Notes: generated from the letters alone by a model not told the origin. A stretch of 64,000 nt of DNA from an uncultured virus (IMG/VR IMGVR_UViG_3300002066_000001) (IMGVR_UViG_3300002066_000001); one strand, 5' to 3'. Counted from the first letter of the stretch, positions 40,737 to 51,070 are shown. Program-made: numbers and translations.

Positions 40737-43700
40737 TGAAAAGCAGAGCAGAACTGTTCAAACAGTTACAACCACACTACCAGACGGAACCAGTCATTCA
40801 ATCCGTCGACGTTAAAATAGATGCAGCAAAAGCGGGAACTCATGAGGGGACAACCTATTTCGTAGATGCAGCCAAGACTGCGCCAAAAATTGAAGTCCTC
40901 TTTGTAAATCGCTATCTTGGGGAACCCGTTATTACCCAAGGGGTCTCGGCTGTCGGGTTTAAGTTGAAGTCCGGCGGCGTTGACATGGTGAATGTTCAGC
41001 CTAATGGCCATGCCCCGGCAGGACTTAAGGTCGGAACAATTGTCCACACCGACGGGGGTGACTATAGGATTACGGCAGTAAACACTGATGGGACTTACGT
41101 CAGTGTTCCGTATACCGGGGCCCCCACGACCTACACTGACTATGCGGGCGACTGGAAAATGACCATCGCTGGAATGTTTTCAAAAGACGATGTCATTGTC
41201 GGGGCAACTCTCTATATCAATCCGAGAGATGTGATGCTGGAGAATTTCGACGCTGGTTCGTACCCCCTACATGGGGCCATCCGTCTTCTTATCTCGGGAC
41301 TTGCCGCGACTGCAGACCTCGGAGATATCGACGAGTGGGATGAAATCCCCTCTGAATGGAGTACCACCAAGGACTCGAAAGAATATGATACGGACGCCCC
41401 TCTCGCCCCTATCGGATGTGTTCTCACTACGGGAACATATAGTCCGGCGGGGGTAGATGCCAAACAATCGGCGCTCATGGCGTGGGTAAAACTCGATTGG
41501 ACGAAAGTCGTACACAATGACCTCTCGGGTTACAACACCGACATCTTCGAGGATAAAGCCAAGGCGAAGACCTCGGGAACTGTCGTAGAGACAGACTTCA
41601 TCGGAGCTCCGGAACAAAAGTTTATCGTAGCAAGTCATGAAAACTGCTATTGGGACAACCTGACACTTGATTCGCGCTATTGGGTTCGCCTACAGTCCGT
41701 CGACGCTCACGACAACCGTTCAGATTGGTTTGTCGTGGGGAGTATCGACACTGGGAAAGATGGGACAGTTCCGGCGCTTGCAAGCATCACGACAGAACTC
41801 TTCCGTCCGAACATCGTCAGAGTCTCATGGGCATATACTCCCGGAACAACGAACGCGAGCAATGTTGGGTCGTACCAACTTGAACGCAAAGAAGCGCAGT
41901 ACCTCGATACCAATGGCAATGTTATAACCCCTCTTGTATGGGGTTCCTATCCCGTTTCCCCCGCCCCGCACCTTGCCGAGACCCCGGGTTGGTCGTATAC
42001 GGATACGGGTCTCGACAGAACAAAGAAGTACCTCTATCGTGTGCGTGCCGTCTCCAAGTACAGCCCCACCTACTCGGCGTGGCTCGAGATGTTGGATGCG
42101 AACGCCGTTCAGCCGCAGGGCATCCTCAACATGGATGTGCAGGCAAACGAGCTCTATAACCGCCTCACCGTAGGTGGCGTTCTTTCAGGCAATATAGCAA
42201 AAGCGGCTATCACCGCCGACAAACTCTATGCCGGGACAATCACGAGTTACCTAACAAACGTCGTCAACAGATTACGTGGTTGTACCGTGAAATTCCTCCC
42301 CCCAGTCGGTACAACAAATCGTGTCGATTGGGCTGCTGGCAGCGTCACCCTCGCTAAAGCAACCTATTCGGGGGCAACCCCGTCAACACTCGATGCAACG
42401 TGGGGAACTTCTATTCTCTCGGTCAGTGCGGGAACAACATCTAGCATCGCCTTTGGTAACTATTACTACGCCTATGTCACCTATACAGTCGACTCCTATG
42501 GCGAACCAACATCTGTCGGAAACGTTCAGTTTGCAACAACGTATCCCATAGGACAGTACGACATTGTTCTTGCCGTCGTTACTTGCGATAGTCAGGGAAG
42601 GGTAAACGTCGAAGCTGTTACCGCAACGGGAACCATCATCAATGGCGACCACATCCTCACCGGCTCCATCGACGCAGTAAAAATCCACGTAACGGATTTG
42701 TCATCAATCTCGGCAAACATCGGGATTGTCACCTCGGGAATGCTCCGGTCTTCCGACCCTCTCGGTTCCTATTTCGACCTTACAAATGGTAAAATCTACA
42801 TAAAAAGCGGAAAGGTGTCGGTCGATACTGGGGCCATCTCGACAAGCCAATTAGCCAATGACCTTGTTTGGACAGACAATACAAGAGCAGAAACGGCATA
42901 TGCTCTTGCCAATACTAAAACTACTGCAGCAGAGGTCGCAACAACGCTCGCAGCCTATGCTACAAAACTGGATATCGCCACCAAAATCACTGCCGGAGAA
43001 GTCCAAAACGCAATTAGGGATAATGTCACGATTATCGACGGAGCAAAATTAACAACGGGGTCAATCGCCGCAGGAAAAATACAACTCTACGGCATCACCA
43101 CGAGTGCACTCGACAACAACGCGGGCTGGACAACCGATGCAGCGGCAAATGCCGCTCAAGGTACGGCCAATGGGGCCGCATCTGCTGCCAGTAACGCTCA
43201 AGGTACAGCCGATGGNGCTGCGAGTGCCGCCTCAGTAGCCGACGGTAAGGCGGTGAGTGCGCAAGACACAGCCAGTACCGCTCAGATTGCAGCAGCTAAT
43301 GCGTTGGCTGTCGCGAACCTAAAAATCGCCGCCGCCGACGTTGCCAACGCAATCAATAACAACGTTACCACCATCGATGGCGCAAAAATAACGACGGGAA
43401 CGATTATCGCAGGAAAGATACAGCTCTTTGGTATCACCACAAGTGCGCTCAACAACAACGCTGGTTGGACAACTGATGCAGCGGCAAATGCCGCTCAAGG
43501 TACGGCCAATGGTGCTGCGGGTGCCGCCAGTACCGCGCAAGCGACGGCCAACGGTGCTTCTTCTGCCGCCAGCACCGCACAGGGAACGGCCAACGGCGCT
43601 GCGAGTGCCGCATTAATAGCGGACGGTAAGGCAGTGACCGCTCAAGACACAGCCAACGGTGCCGCCTCTGCTGCCAGTACCGCACAGATTGCAGCGGCTA

Positions 43701-44575
43701 ATGCGTTGGCTGTCGCCAACCTAAAAATCGCCGCTGCTGATGTTGCCAATGCAATCAACAATAACGTTACAACCATCGATGGAGCAAAGATAACAACAGG
43801 GTCAATTGTTGCAGGAAAGATACAACTCTTTGGTATCAGTACGAGTGCACTCAATAACAACGCAGGCTGGACAACTGATGCGGCAGCAAATGCCGCGCAA
43901 GCGACGGCCAACGGTGCTTCTTCTGCCGCCAGCACCGCACAGGGAACGGCCAACGGCGCTGCGAGTGCCTCTAGTGTCGCGCAGGGTACAGCCGATGGCG
44001 CTGCGAGTGCCGCCTCAGTAGCCGACGGTAAGGCGGTGAGTGCGCAATCTGCCGCTAGTGCCGCTTATACCTACGCAGGAAATGCGTACGGCCTTGCTGC
44101 TGGCAAAATCGACGCTAACGGTGTCCAAAATGCAATTACATACAATGTTACGACCATCGATGGAGCAAAAATAACAACTGGGATGGTAAACGCTAGGTAT
44201 GTCAACTCCGGAGCGTTTAGAACTAACTATTACGGAACGCACAGAATAGAACTTACAAGCGGATGCGACGTCAAAAGCGACTACCTCCACCTATATGACA
44301 CGAACTATGAATACATGTCCTTCAACAGCGGTTATTCCGAGTATGCCTACATAAAGGGTTACGCAAATGATTCTTCCTTGAACATCTATGCCGCAGGTCA
44401 GGTGGCAATATCCAACGCATACGGTGTCGGCGTCATATTTCAGAATTGGGCGAATGGTCTCGCCTTATTTTCCGGTGGACTATCGTTGCCGTATGGACGT
44501 GGAATAGCGTTTGGGAATGACACTCTCACGGTAAGTAATGGTCACATCTACATAAACGGAAGTTACCTTATCTAA
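40736..44575 (+). CDS. Central tail fibre or host-specificity protein with FN3-like domains and long internal repeats
   Basis: FN3-like YWVRLQSVD...NRSDW and YTDTGLD..KKYLYRVRAV; DLSSISANIG.VTSG motif; repeated VTTIDGAKITTG units. Confidence 0.8.
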   Translation: MKSRAELFKQLQPHYQTEPVIQSVDVKIDAAKAGTHEGTTYFVDAAKTAPKIEVLFVNRYLGEPVITQGVSAVGFKLKSGGVDMVNVQPNGHAPAGLKVGTIVHTDGGDYRITAVNTDGTYVSVPYTGAPTTYTDYAGDWKMTIAGMFSKDDVIVGATLYINPRDVMLENFDAGSYPLHGAIRLLISGLAATADLGDIDEWDEIPSEWSTTKDSKEYDTDAPLAPIGCVLTTGTYSPAGVDAKQSALMAWVKLDWTKVVHNDLSGYNTDIFEDKAKAKTSGTVVETDFIGAPEQKFIVASHENCYWDNLTLDSRYWVRLQSVDAHDNRSDWFVVGSIDTGKDGTVPALASITTELFRPNIVRVSWAYTPGTTNASNVGSYQLERKEAQYLDTNGNVITPLVWGSYPVSPAPHLAETPGWSYTDTGLDRTKKYLYRVRAVSKYSPTYSAWLEMLDANAVQPQGILNMDVQANELYNRLTVGGVLSGNIAKAAITADKLYAGTITSYLTNVVNRLRGCTVKFLPPVGTTNRVDWAAGSVTLAKATYSGATPSTLDATWGTSILSVSAGTTSSIAFGNYYYAYVTYTVDSYGEPTSVGNVQFATTYPIGQYDIVLAVVTCDSQGRVNVEAVTATGTIINGDHILTGSIDAVKIHVTDLSSISANIGIVTSGMLRSSDPLGSYFDLTNGKIYIKSGKVSVDTGAISTSQLANDLVWTDNTRAETAYALANTKTTAAEVATTLAAYATKLDIATKITAGEVQNAIRDNVTIIDGAKLTTGSIAAGKIQLYGITTSALDNNAGWTTDAAANAAQGTANGAASAASNAQGTADXAASAASVADGKAVSAQDTASTAQIAAANALAVANLKIAAADVANAINNNVTTIDGAKITTGTIIAGKIQLFGITTSALNNNAGWTTDAAANAAQGTANGAAGAASTAQATANGASSAASTAQGTANGAASAALIADGKAVTAQDTANGAASAASTAQIAAANALAVANLKIAAADVANAINNNVTTIDGAKITTGSIVAGKIQLFGISTSALNNNAGWTTDAAANAAQATANGASSAASTAQGTANGAASASSVAQGTADGAASAASVADGKAVSAQSAASAAYTYAGNAYGLAAGKIDANGVQNAITYNVTTIDGAKITTGMVNARYVNSGAFRTNYYGTHRIELTSGCDVKSDYLHLYDTNYEYMSFNSGYSEYAYIKGYANDSSLNIYAAGQVAISNAYGVGVIFQNWANGLALFSGGLSLPYGRGIAFGNDTLTVSNGHIYINGSYLI
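42990..44185 (+). repeat. Intragenic repeats: four NVTxIDGAKxTTG units separated by Ala-rich heptad-like runs
   Basis: Identical 77-bp blocks at 43533-43609 and 43893-43969; an N base at 43216. Confidence 0.9.
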
Positions 44576-44586
44576 AAGGAGAACCT

Positions 44587-44760
44587 ATGAACGAAAACGA
44601 GATAGACATTCTAAAAACAAAATCGGAAATCTTCGACCTCGAGAACGAACAGAAGGGTCTTCAGAACCGATACAATCAGCTTGAACAAGCAAAACAGCCG
44701 CTCTATCAGCGGCTGTCGGAGCTCTTGACACCAAAGGAGCCATCCGAGAATAAGGAGTAA
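44587..44760 (+). CDS. Small coiled-coil protein, possible fibre chaperone
   Basis: AAAGGAG RBS; MNENEIDILKTKSEIFDLENEQKGLQNRYNQLEQ. Confidence 0.6.
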   Translation: MNENEIDILKTKSEIFDLENEQKGLQNRYNQLEQAKQPLYQRLSELLTPKEPSENKE

Positions 44761-44763
44761 CTC

Positions 44764-45225
44764 GTGGACAATCTTGTAAATTTTGGCAAGGCAGTTTTAT
44801 CGACTAGCTACGATGCCTCGGCAACGAGCATTGTCCTTTCTCCTACAGATTTTGCAAAACTTCCGCAGACAGCGCCCTACAACCTCGTCTGGTGGAACCA
44901 TACGGATTTTCCATCTCCCGAAGATGACTCGGCAGTTGAAATAGTTCGTGTCACGGGCCTCAACGCGGGAACTTATACATTGACTATCGCGCGCGCGCAG
45001 GAGGGGACAGCGGCTGTCGACCACAACACGGCTGACAAAGAGTATTGGTTGATGAACGGTCTGACAAAATCAGTCATGGATGGGATTCAGAGTGCCATTG
45101 ATGCGAATGTGGTGAAAACTTGGTTAGAACTAGATGTGAACGGGGATTTGATGCCAGCAACCGCGTACCAAACGGGAACGTATCTTGAAGCAGATGTAAA
45201 TGGCGACCTTCAACCTGTCGCATAA
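44764..45225 (+). CDS. Tail fibre-associated structural protein
   Basis: EIVRVTG.....LTI.RAQEGT.A..H motif typical of fibre N-termini. Confidence 0.7.
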   Translation: MDNLVNFGKAVLSTSYDASATSIVLSPTDFAKLPQTAPYNLVWWNHTDFPSPEDDSAVEIVRVTGLNAGTYTLTIARAQEGTAAVDHNTADKEYWLMNGLTKSVMDGIQSAIDANVVKTWLELDVNGDLMPATAYQTGTYLEADVNGDLQPVA

Positions 45226-45233
45226 GGAGATAT

Positions 45234-46709
45234 GTGGCTACTAAAAATTTTGTACCAAGAACAGACGGAGAAGGTCAAATAGGAACTGTTGCAAAGAAGT
45301 GGGCAAAAGTCATTGCTAATCAAATCACTGTCGGAACAACCGTTATTACCCCAACCGCAAACGTCACAAGTCTCTCAACTTCCACGCCCAATCACCTTCT
45401 CATGTTTACAGACACAAGTGGTCAGGTGGTTCAAGATAGCGGAATGGCGATAGCCCCGACCAACAATATCGGTATTGCGGGCCAGATGGGATTTGGCGTC
45501 GGTATCTGTCCGGGGGCCTTGCCAACGGGCATGGTGGAACTCAATGGAACTCGTGACCCGACCGCCGACAACTATGGCAACTATCAGTTTTCTGATGGTT
45601 CTGCGATGGTCTGGATTCCGGCGTTCTGGTACAAATATGGGACTGGAGCAAATGGACTCGCGGTCAACGTTGTGGACATCAAAGCATTTTCCTATTACGC
45701 AGATGTCGCCACAGCCAACGCCGCAGGTTATGCCCTTCACCGCATGTTCTATGATGGCGGGTTTGTTCAGCCGGGCGTGTTCGTCGACAAGTACATCTGC
45801 TCGAACAACGGAGGAATAGCCTCCAGCATCAAGAACGGCATCGTCCTGACCAGCGCACAACGCGGTAGTCTGTCGACAGCCATGTATTCTGCCCTGACGG
45901 GTGCCCCCGCCAACAACCTCGGAGGTTCGCAAGCCGCAGCCAAGACGAGAGGCGCCAGTTTCTTCGCCAACAGCCGCTTTATTCAGGCTGGACTCGCATT
46001 GCTTGCCCTCGCGCATGGTCAGGCCGCAACATCAGTGTTCAACTGTGCATGGTTCATGACGAATAGCATGTTCCCGAAGGGCTGCAACAATAATGCCCTC
46101 GGCGACTCGCAAGATGCAACCATCCTCTACGACAGCGACGCGAACGGGACCTACAACGTCGGTAAGACTGGGTCAGCCAACTACTTTGCCAAGACAACTC
46201 ACAATGGACAGAATAGCGGGGTATGCGACCTGAACGGACTCATTTGGGAAACCGGATATGGCTTATCATCGGACGGGACAAATTTGTTCGTCCTCAAGAC
46301 TATCAAGGCCATGAAGGAGCTGACAGGCAGCAATACTCTGGCTACTGACTTGTTCGGAGCAACTGGCCTCGCGGCCAACTACGACAATATAGGGGCAACC
46401 TATGGAGCAGTGCTCGCGTCCTCCACAGTAAAAAACTATGGTAGTGCCACGCAAGTCCTTTCTGCAGCAGTAAGCGGCAACGATTGGGCGGCGGCCGGTT
46501 TAGGCATCCCATTGGTCGGTGGTGTTGGAGGGTCAAACCTCTTTGGCAATGACTATCTGACTGATTATCGGCCTAATGAGTTGTGTCCGATTTCGGGTGG
46601 CAGTTGGGACAATGCTTCGCTCGCGGGTTTATGGTCGCTCGATTTGAGCAACTACCGGGCGCACTCGACCGGCGGCATCGGGTTTCGCTCCGCCTTATAT
46701 TTGTTGTAA
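45234..46709 (+). CDS. DGR target protein: fibre or receptor-binding protein with a C-terminal CLec (FGE-sulfatase-like) variable region
   Basis: MVWIPAFWYK, GVFVDKY, GVCDLNGLIWE; ends in GGSW...GFRS matching TR. Confidence 0.92.
   Translation: MATKNFVPRTDGEGQIGTVAKKWAKVIANQITVGTTVITPTANVTSLSTSTPNHLLMFTDTSGQVVQDSGMAIAPTNNIGIAGQMGFGVGICPGALPTGMVELNGTRDPTADNYGNYQFSDGSAMVWIPAFWYKYGTGANGLAVNVVDIKAFSYYADVATANAAGYALHRMFYDGGFVQPGVFVDKYICSNNGGIASSIKNGIVLTSAQRGSLSTAMYSALTGAPANNLGGSQAAAKTRGASFFANSRFIQAGLALLALAHGQAATSVFNCAWFMTNSMFPKGCNNNALGDSQDATILYDSDANGTYNVGKTGSANYFAKTTHNGQNSGVCDLNGLIWETGYGLSSDGTNLFVLKTIKAMKELTGSNTLATDLFGATGLAANYDNIGATYGAVLASSTVKNYGSATQVLSAAVSGNDWAAAGLGIPLVGGVGGSNLFGNDYLTDYRPNELCPISGGSWDNASLAGLWSLDLSNYRAHSTGGIGFRSALYLL
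46581..46694 (+). repeat. DGR variable repeat (VR)
   Basis: 114-nt ungapped alignment to 47159-47272 with 22 mismatches, all opposite TR adenines. Confidence 0.97.
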
Positions 46710-46717
46710 TCATGTCA

Positions 46718-46740
46718 GGGTGACGCGGTAGCGTCCACCC
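46718..46740 (+). promoter_or_regulatory. DGR target-recognition hairpin downstream of VR/IMH
   Basis: gggtg-acgc-GGTA-gcgt-c-caccc: GC-rich stem with a GRNA-type loop just after the target stop. Confidence 0.8.
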
Positions 46741-46761
46741 ATTTGTTCTAAAGGAGACCAT

Positions 46762-47157
46762 ATGGGGCGGCACTCAGAAGCGGAATTGAACAGGAAGTTT
46801 ATCGAGACGGCAAAACTGATGAACATCTATCTCAACCATTTTCCAAAATATGAAAAATATGCTCTCTGTCAGACGATTCGTTCTGCTATGTATGACGTGT
46901 ATGCCCTGATTGTCGAAACGCAGAAACGATATCATAAGAAGACGACACTGACTACACTGGACATACGGCATGAACAACTCCGCATGTTTGTGAATCTGGC
47001 CTACAGTCTGGACTATTTTCAATTCAAGGATGGAACGAAAGAAGGTGGTGAGCCACTGGCTGAACATAGATTTATGGCAATCAGTCGACTCATCGATGAA
47101 CTTGGCAGAATGATTGGTGGATGGATTGTACACGAGAATCAACGGGAAACGTCTTAA
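46762..47157 (+). CDS. avd: DGR accessory variability determinant
   Basis: LNHFPKYEKYALCQ.IR...KKTTL..LD..HEQLR...IDELGRMIGGW; lies between target and TR. Confidence 0.93.
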   Translation: MGRHSEAELNRKFIETAKLMNIYLNHFPKYEKYALCQTIRSAMYDVYALIVETQKRYHKKTTLTTLDIRHEQLRMFVNLAYSLDYFQFKDGTKEGGEPLAEHRFMAISRLIDELGRMIGGWIVHENQRETS

Positions 47158-47158
47158 A

Positions 47159-47272
47159 ATGTGTCCGATTTCAGGTGGCAATTGGAACAATGCTTCAAAC
47201 GCAGGTATATGGACACTCAATTTGAACAACAACCGAGCGAACTCGAACAACAACATCGGGTTTCGCTCCGAC
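47159..47272 (+). ncRNA. DGR template repeat (TR)
   Basis: AAC-rich copy of VR located between avd and RT. Confidence 0.97.
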
Positions 47273-47412
47273 TCTGCTTCTCCTCGCATCGAACAATCGA
47301 ATGGTGGAACAAAGGGAGGCGTTTTCCGGCAGGTTCTGTTGACTGCGAAATCGGTTTATCACTCCATTTCTGGTAGGGCTGGCAACAGTCTCGAACGTCA
47401 AGGAGTGAACTT

Positions 47413-48408
47413 TTGAAGCGTGTTGGCTATCTCTTCGAACAAGCGTTTACCAGGGACAATCTCTATCAGGCATATCTCGATGCCAGCAAGCACAAACACG
47501 GGAATCAAGCCTGTTTCAAGTTCGAGCGACGGTTGAGTTACAATCTGGACAGTCTCTATGATGAACTGCAGAGCGGAACCTATAAACCACGACCGTACCT
47601 TACGTTTACCGTTTATGAACCGAAGGAACGCAAGATTTACGCTCCGGCGTTTCGCGACTTGGTTGTGCAACATGCCATCTACCGGGTTATCCGTCTAATC
47701 TTTGACCGGGCGTTCATAGACCAGTCATATGCCTGTCGAAAAGGAAAAGGAACTCATGCCTGTGCAAACTACGCACAGACAGCATTGACAGCATCACCAG
47801 TCGACAGTTATACCCTCAAGTTGGACATCCGCAAGTTTTTCTACCGGATTAACAGGAATGTGCTGCGACAACTCATTGAACGCAAAATCAAGGATAGACG
47901 TTTTATCGACGTCATGATGTTGTTTGCTGATTATGGCCAACCAATCGGGATTCCTATCGGAAACCTACTTTCTCAGGTCTATGCCCTAATTTATCTGAAT
48001 CCGCTTGACCACTTCATCAAACGAGAGTTAAAAGCGAAACGTTATTGCCGATATGTTGATGACTTTATTCTCTTCGGAATCACCAGAAAGCAGGCAGATG
48101 AATATCTCGCTCGCATCATTGCCTTCATCAAGACGCTCAGCCTCGAGCTGTCACGCTATACCATTGCTCTCATTAAGCGAGGCGTCAATTTTGTCGGCTA
48201 CCGTACCTGGACGGACAAACGTTTCGTCCGCAAACGCAGCCTGTTTGTCTTCTCGCGGGCACTGCGAGATGGAAGGATACAAAGCGCCATCTCGATTCTC
48301 GGTCACGCCAGAAGGACACACAGCGTACGATACCTCGTCAGAACAATGAAGGAGAAATACCATGATTTACAGTTACCAAAAGCATATCGACAGTTCGCGA
48401 ACGGTTGA
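47413..48408 (+). CDS. DGR reverse transcriptase
   Basis: EPKERKIYAPAFRDLVVQHA, LKLDIRKFF, GIPIGNLLSQ, RYVDDFIL, NFVGY; TTG start after AAGGAG. Confidence 0.96.
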   Translation: MKRVGYLFEQAFTRDNLYQAYLDASKHKHGNQACFKFERRLSYNLDSLYDELQSGTYKPRPYLTFTVYEPKERKIYAPAFRDLVVQHAIYRVIRLIFDRAFIDQSYACRKGKGTHACANYAQTALTASPVDSYTLKLDIRKFFYRINRNVLRQLIERKIKDRRFIDVMMLFADYGQPIGIPIGNLLSQVYALIYLNPLDHFIKRELKAKRYCRYVDDFILFGITRKQADEYLARIIAFIKTLSLELSRYTIALIKRGVNFVGYRTWTDKRFVRKRSLFVFSRALRDGRIQSAISILGHARRTHSVRYLVRTMKEKYHDLQLPKAYRQFANG

Positions 48409-48769
48409 AATTTCCCTACCTGTAGACGGGATGGAGCGTCTCGGGACAGAGCTGGCAACCGTTGATGGCACGACGTATGTGTACGTACCTGATACTGAGA
48501 CCTTGCCGTTGCAGTCACCGGAAATCACCGTAGAGAGCGTGACATTGACTCCTGAGCTATTGGATGCCATCAAGGCTGCCAGTCCTCATGTGCGGCTGAT
48601 TAATGCCCGCGTTGTGGAGAAAATCAGAAAGAGATACAGCATTGACGATGAACTGAAACTGTTGCGAGATGCCACGGACGTTGATGCGCCAGCGTGCAGC
48701 GCATATGTCAAACAGTGTCGGGCATGGGGAAGGGCTGAAAAAGCGAAGATAGGGTTGGGGACGGGATAA
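48362..48769 (+). CDS. Hypothetical protein, possibly a fibre accessory, overlapping the RT 3' end
   Basis: AAGGAG RBS; ASPHVRLIN.RVVEKIR..YS..DE.KL...CRAWG..EK..LGL motif. Confidence 0.7.
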   Translation: MIYSYQKHIDSSRTVEISLPVDGMERLGTELATVDGTTYVYVPDTETLPLQSPEITVESVTLTPELLDAIKAASPHVRLINARVVEKIRKRYSIDDELKLLRDATDVDAPACSAYVKQCRAWGRAEKAKIGLGTG

Positions 48770-48979
48770 GACGGGTCTATGAGGACAATCGAAAAAAGGA
48801 GATGACATGGTAAAGCAGAGAGTAACTGTTCGAGCAAAGTTAGTACAGGAAGACGCCGAAGGGAACATCAAGAAGTATTCCGTCATGGATTCACGAAGGG
48901 GACATTCTTTTGAAGTCCCTCAATTTATTCTGCGACTGAGAAACATGGTCGCAAGACGCAACAGGAGGATTTGACAAAT

Positions 48980-49348
48980 ATGGCCACAATGACGATTGTA
49001 GATGCTGGCAAGGCCGGGGCTGTTCAGAGATTATTCGACACTGGGTTCAATCCCTTCAACTACATTGCGGTTGGTACAAGTTCAATTGCAGTCGCGGCAG
49101 CGCAGACAGCCCTTCAGGGGTCAGAAGTCATGCGTCAACTCTGTGCGACAGGTACTGAAATCACCTATACCGCAAACAAGGCAACCATCTCGAAACTCTT
49201 CACCTTCAGTGGAAATTCTAGCATCGAAGAGGTCGGCCTTTTCAACGCTGCTGCAGTCGGTGTTATGCTCGGGAGGGGACTGACCGGGACAACCGCCGTT
49301 TCGAGCGGTGACAAAATTACGTTCACCGTCGAAATCACCCAATCCTAA
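48980..49348 (+). CDS. Virion structural protein (fibre N-terminal-like)
   Basis: YIAVGTS.....AAQTAL..E....I.EVGLFNAA..G.ML motif; AGGAGG RBS. Confidence 0.7.
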   Translation: MATMTIVDAGKAGAVQRLFDTGFNPFNYIAVGTSSIAVAAAQTALQGSEVMRQLCATGTEITYTANKATISKLFTFSGNSSIEEVGLFNAAAVGVMLGRGLTGTTAVSSGDKITFTVEITQS

Positions 49349-51070
49349 ATGTACGGGGCCTCCCCTCATGGAAGCGCCCCATTTGGAAGTAAGTCTTCAA
49401 GAAACAGAACCCCCCGGTTTTTCACCTATGTAACGACATTCTACCTTGCAGCCACCCTCTTGGGGTTTATCAAAGACCTCCAGAGGGTTCTGACTGCAAC
49501 AATGTCCTTTGCAGGAACATGGCTGAAGTCCATCCAGCGTTCCACGCACGCGGGGGTTCTCGTTCTTGGGGCGACGATTGTCAAAACTGCGTATCGCGCT
49601 TTCGCGGGAGCTCTTGCTCTTGCTTCGACATTCAAGCGGGCTATCGCTCGCACGATAACGGGGGCGGTCGCGCTTGCAGTCACATTCGTCCCTTCCATAA
49701 CAAAGACGCTCTCGGCAACACTCACTTTTGTTACCAACCACTTCCGTATAGCAATTCGCGAGTTCACCGCGTCCCTGGCCCTCTCGAGCATCAATGCCAA
49801 ACTCAGGGAATTTGCTTATACCTTGGGAATATCCATCGGCGCGGTCGTCAGCTTTACGAAAACACTCTTCCTAACTGGTGTCATCGGTCTTGGGGGCGCG
49901 GTAAGTCGCGAGGTCAACAAGTTACTCTCGATGACGATGACATTCTCTACTACAATTCTCCGCACCTACGAGAGGGAACTGACGGCGTGGATGACGCTAA
50001 TTGCGGAACTCACCGGGCGGTCGCGCGACCTATACGGAACGCTCACGGCTCAGGTAAACTACATCCGGGAATATACAATAGCCGTAGTGGCTTCATTGAC
50101 TCTAGCAACTCTAAGCGTAGTCAAGGCATTCTACAGAACGCTTGTGACCACATTATCATTGGTAAGTCCATCGAGAATTGCCCGTCTCCATTTCACACAG
50201 GCGACGCTAACCTTCACGACGACCATCACCAAAAACGTCATGCTCTCAGTCACCATTTTTATTTCGGCGGCTGTGACGAAGATGGAGTTCCTGAGAGAGA
50301 AACTCTTCACGATAACACTTACCGCCGTTGGCACTATCTCCAGAGGAGCGCGGTTACTCTCGGCTTCTCTGGCGCTTACTGTCACGTCCATTGAAAGAGC
50401 CGTCGTTTATTCCCTCGCCGCATTGCTTACGGCTATGGGTACAGTGAATAAGACCGTCGTGAGGAGGGTTGTAGCATCCCTCGCTCTGTTGGGTTCCATT
50501 TTCCGAACGTCTGTCGCGAAGTTGTTTGCTGGAACTCTTTCGATTCTGGTTTCGACCAAGAAGGCTATTACAAAAACGATAACGGCATATCTTTTCTTCT
50601 TCTCGGCGGGTTCTAAGAACTTCTTGTTAAATTTCACGAGCCGACTTACCGTTACCGGACAGTTAGCGAAAAGCCTAACTAAGAAATTTACCGGAGCGCT
50701 TTCCCTCGCTGTTGGGTACGTCAGGAAAGTGGAGAAGATGTTGTTTTTTGAGATGTCTCTCGACACAACCTTTAAACGTTATCCAATGCGGGCGTCTCTT
50801 GTCCTTGAGTGGTACAGCACCTATCGCGCGCAGTCGTACAACATTTATTACAGTCTCGACCCTCACGCAAAAGGGACTCTTCTCCGAAACGAAACAAATA
50901 CCTATACAACGTTTCTCATCAATAGTGTCGATTACAATCTAGAAACCAAACAGGAAACCCTCCCCGCTTACAGAACTCCATTTGTAGCGGGCATTAGTTG
51001 GTTTGCAGTCTATCCTGTCGTCGACGGACTCGAGCGAGAGTGTCTCATTAGGAAAGCGGTAAAACTCTAG
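49349..51070 (+). CDS. Thr/Ala/Leu-rich repetitive virion protein
   Basis: MYGASPHGSAPFG start; recurring (T)ASLAL....K...R.F units of roughly 19-20 aa. Confidence 0.65.
   Translation: MYGASPHGSAPFGSKSSRNRTPRFFTYVTTFYLAATLLGFIKDLQRVLTATMSFAGTWLKSIQRSTHAGVLVLGATIVKTAYRAFAGALALASTFKRAIARTITGAVALAVTFVPSITKTLSATLTFVTNHFRIAIREFTASLALSSINAKLREFAYTLGISIGAVVSFTKTLFLTGVIGLGGAVSREVNKLLSMTMTFSTTILRTYERELTAWMTLIAELTGRSRDLYGTLTAQVNYIREYTIAVVASLTLATLSVVKAFYRTLVTTLSLVSPSRIARLHFTQATLTFTTTITKNVMLSVTIFISAAVTKMEFLREKLFTITLTAVGTISRGARLLSASLALTVTSIERAVVYSLAALLTAMGTVNKTVVRRVVASLALLGSIFRTSVAKLFAGTLSILVSTKKAITKTITAYLFFFSAGSKNFLLNFTSRLTVTGQLAKSLTKKFTGALSLAVGYVRKVEKMLFFEMSLDTTFKRYPMRASLVLEWYSTYRAQSYNIYYSLDPHAKGTLLRNETNTYTTFLINSVDYNLETKQETLPAYRTPFVAGISWFAVYPVVDGLERECLIRKAVKL

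Noticed and set aside
47114..47416. Asn-rich 100-aa ORF
   Set aside because: It is the translation of the DGR template repeat, which acts as RNA.
49519..50394. 291-aa alternate-frame ORF
   Set aside because: It overlaps the longer coupled ORF and has an atypical composition with no RBS.
40736..51070. A second DGR variable repeat in other tail genes
   Set aside because: No other TR-like segment (GGxW...GFR) was seen by eye. Remote targets outside the window cannot be excluded.
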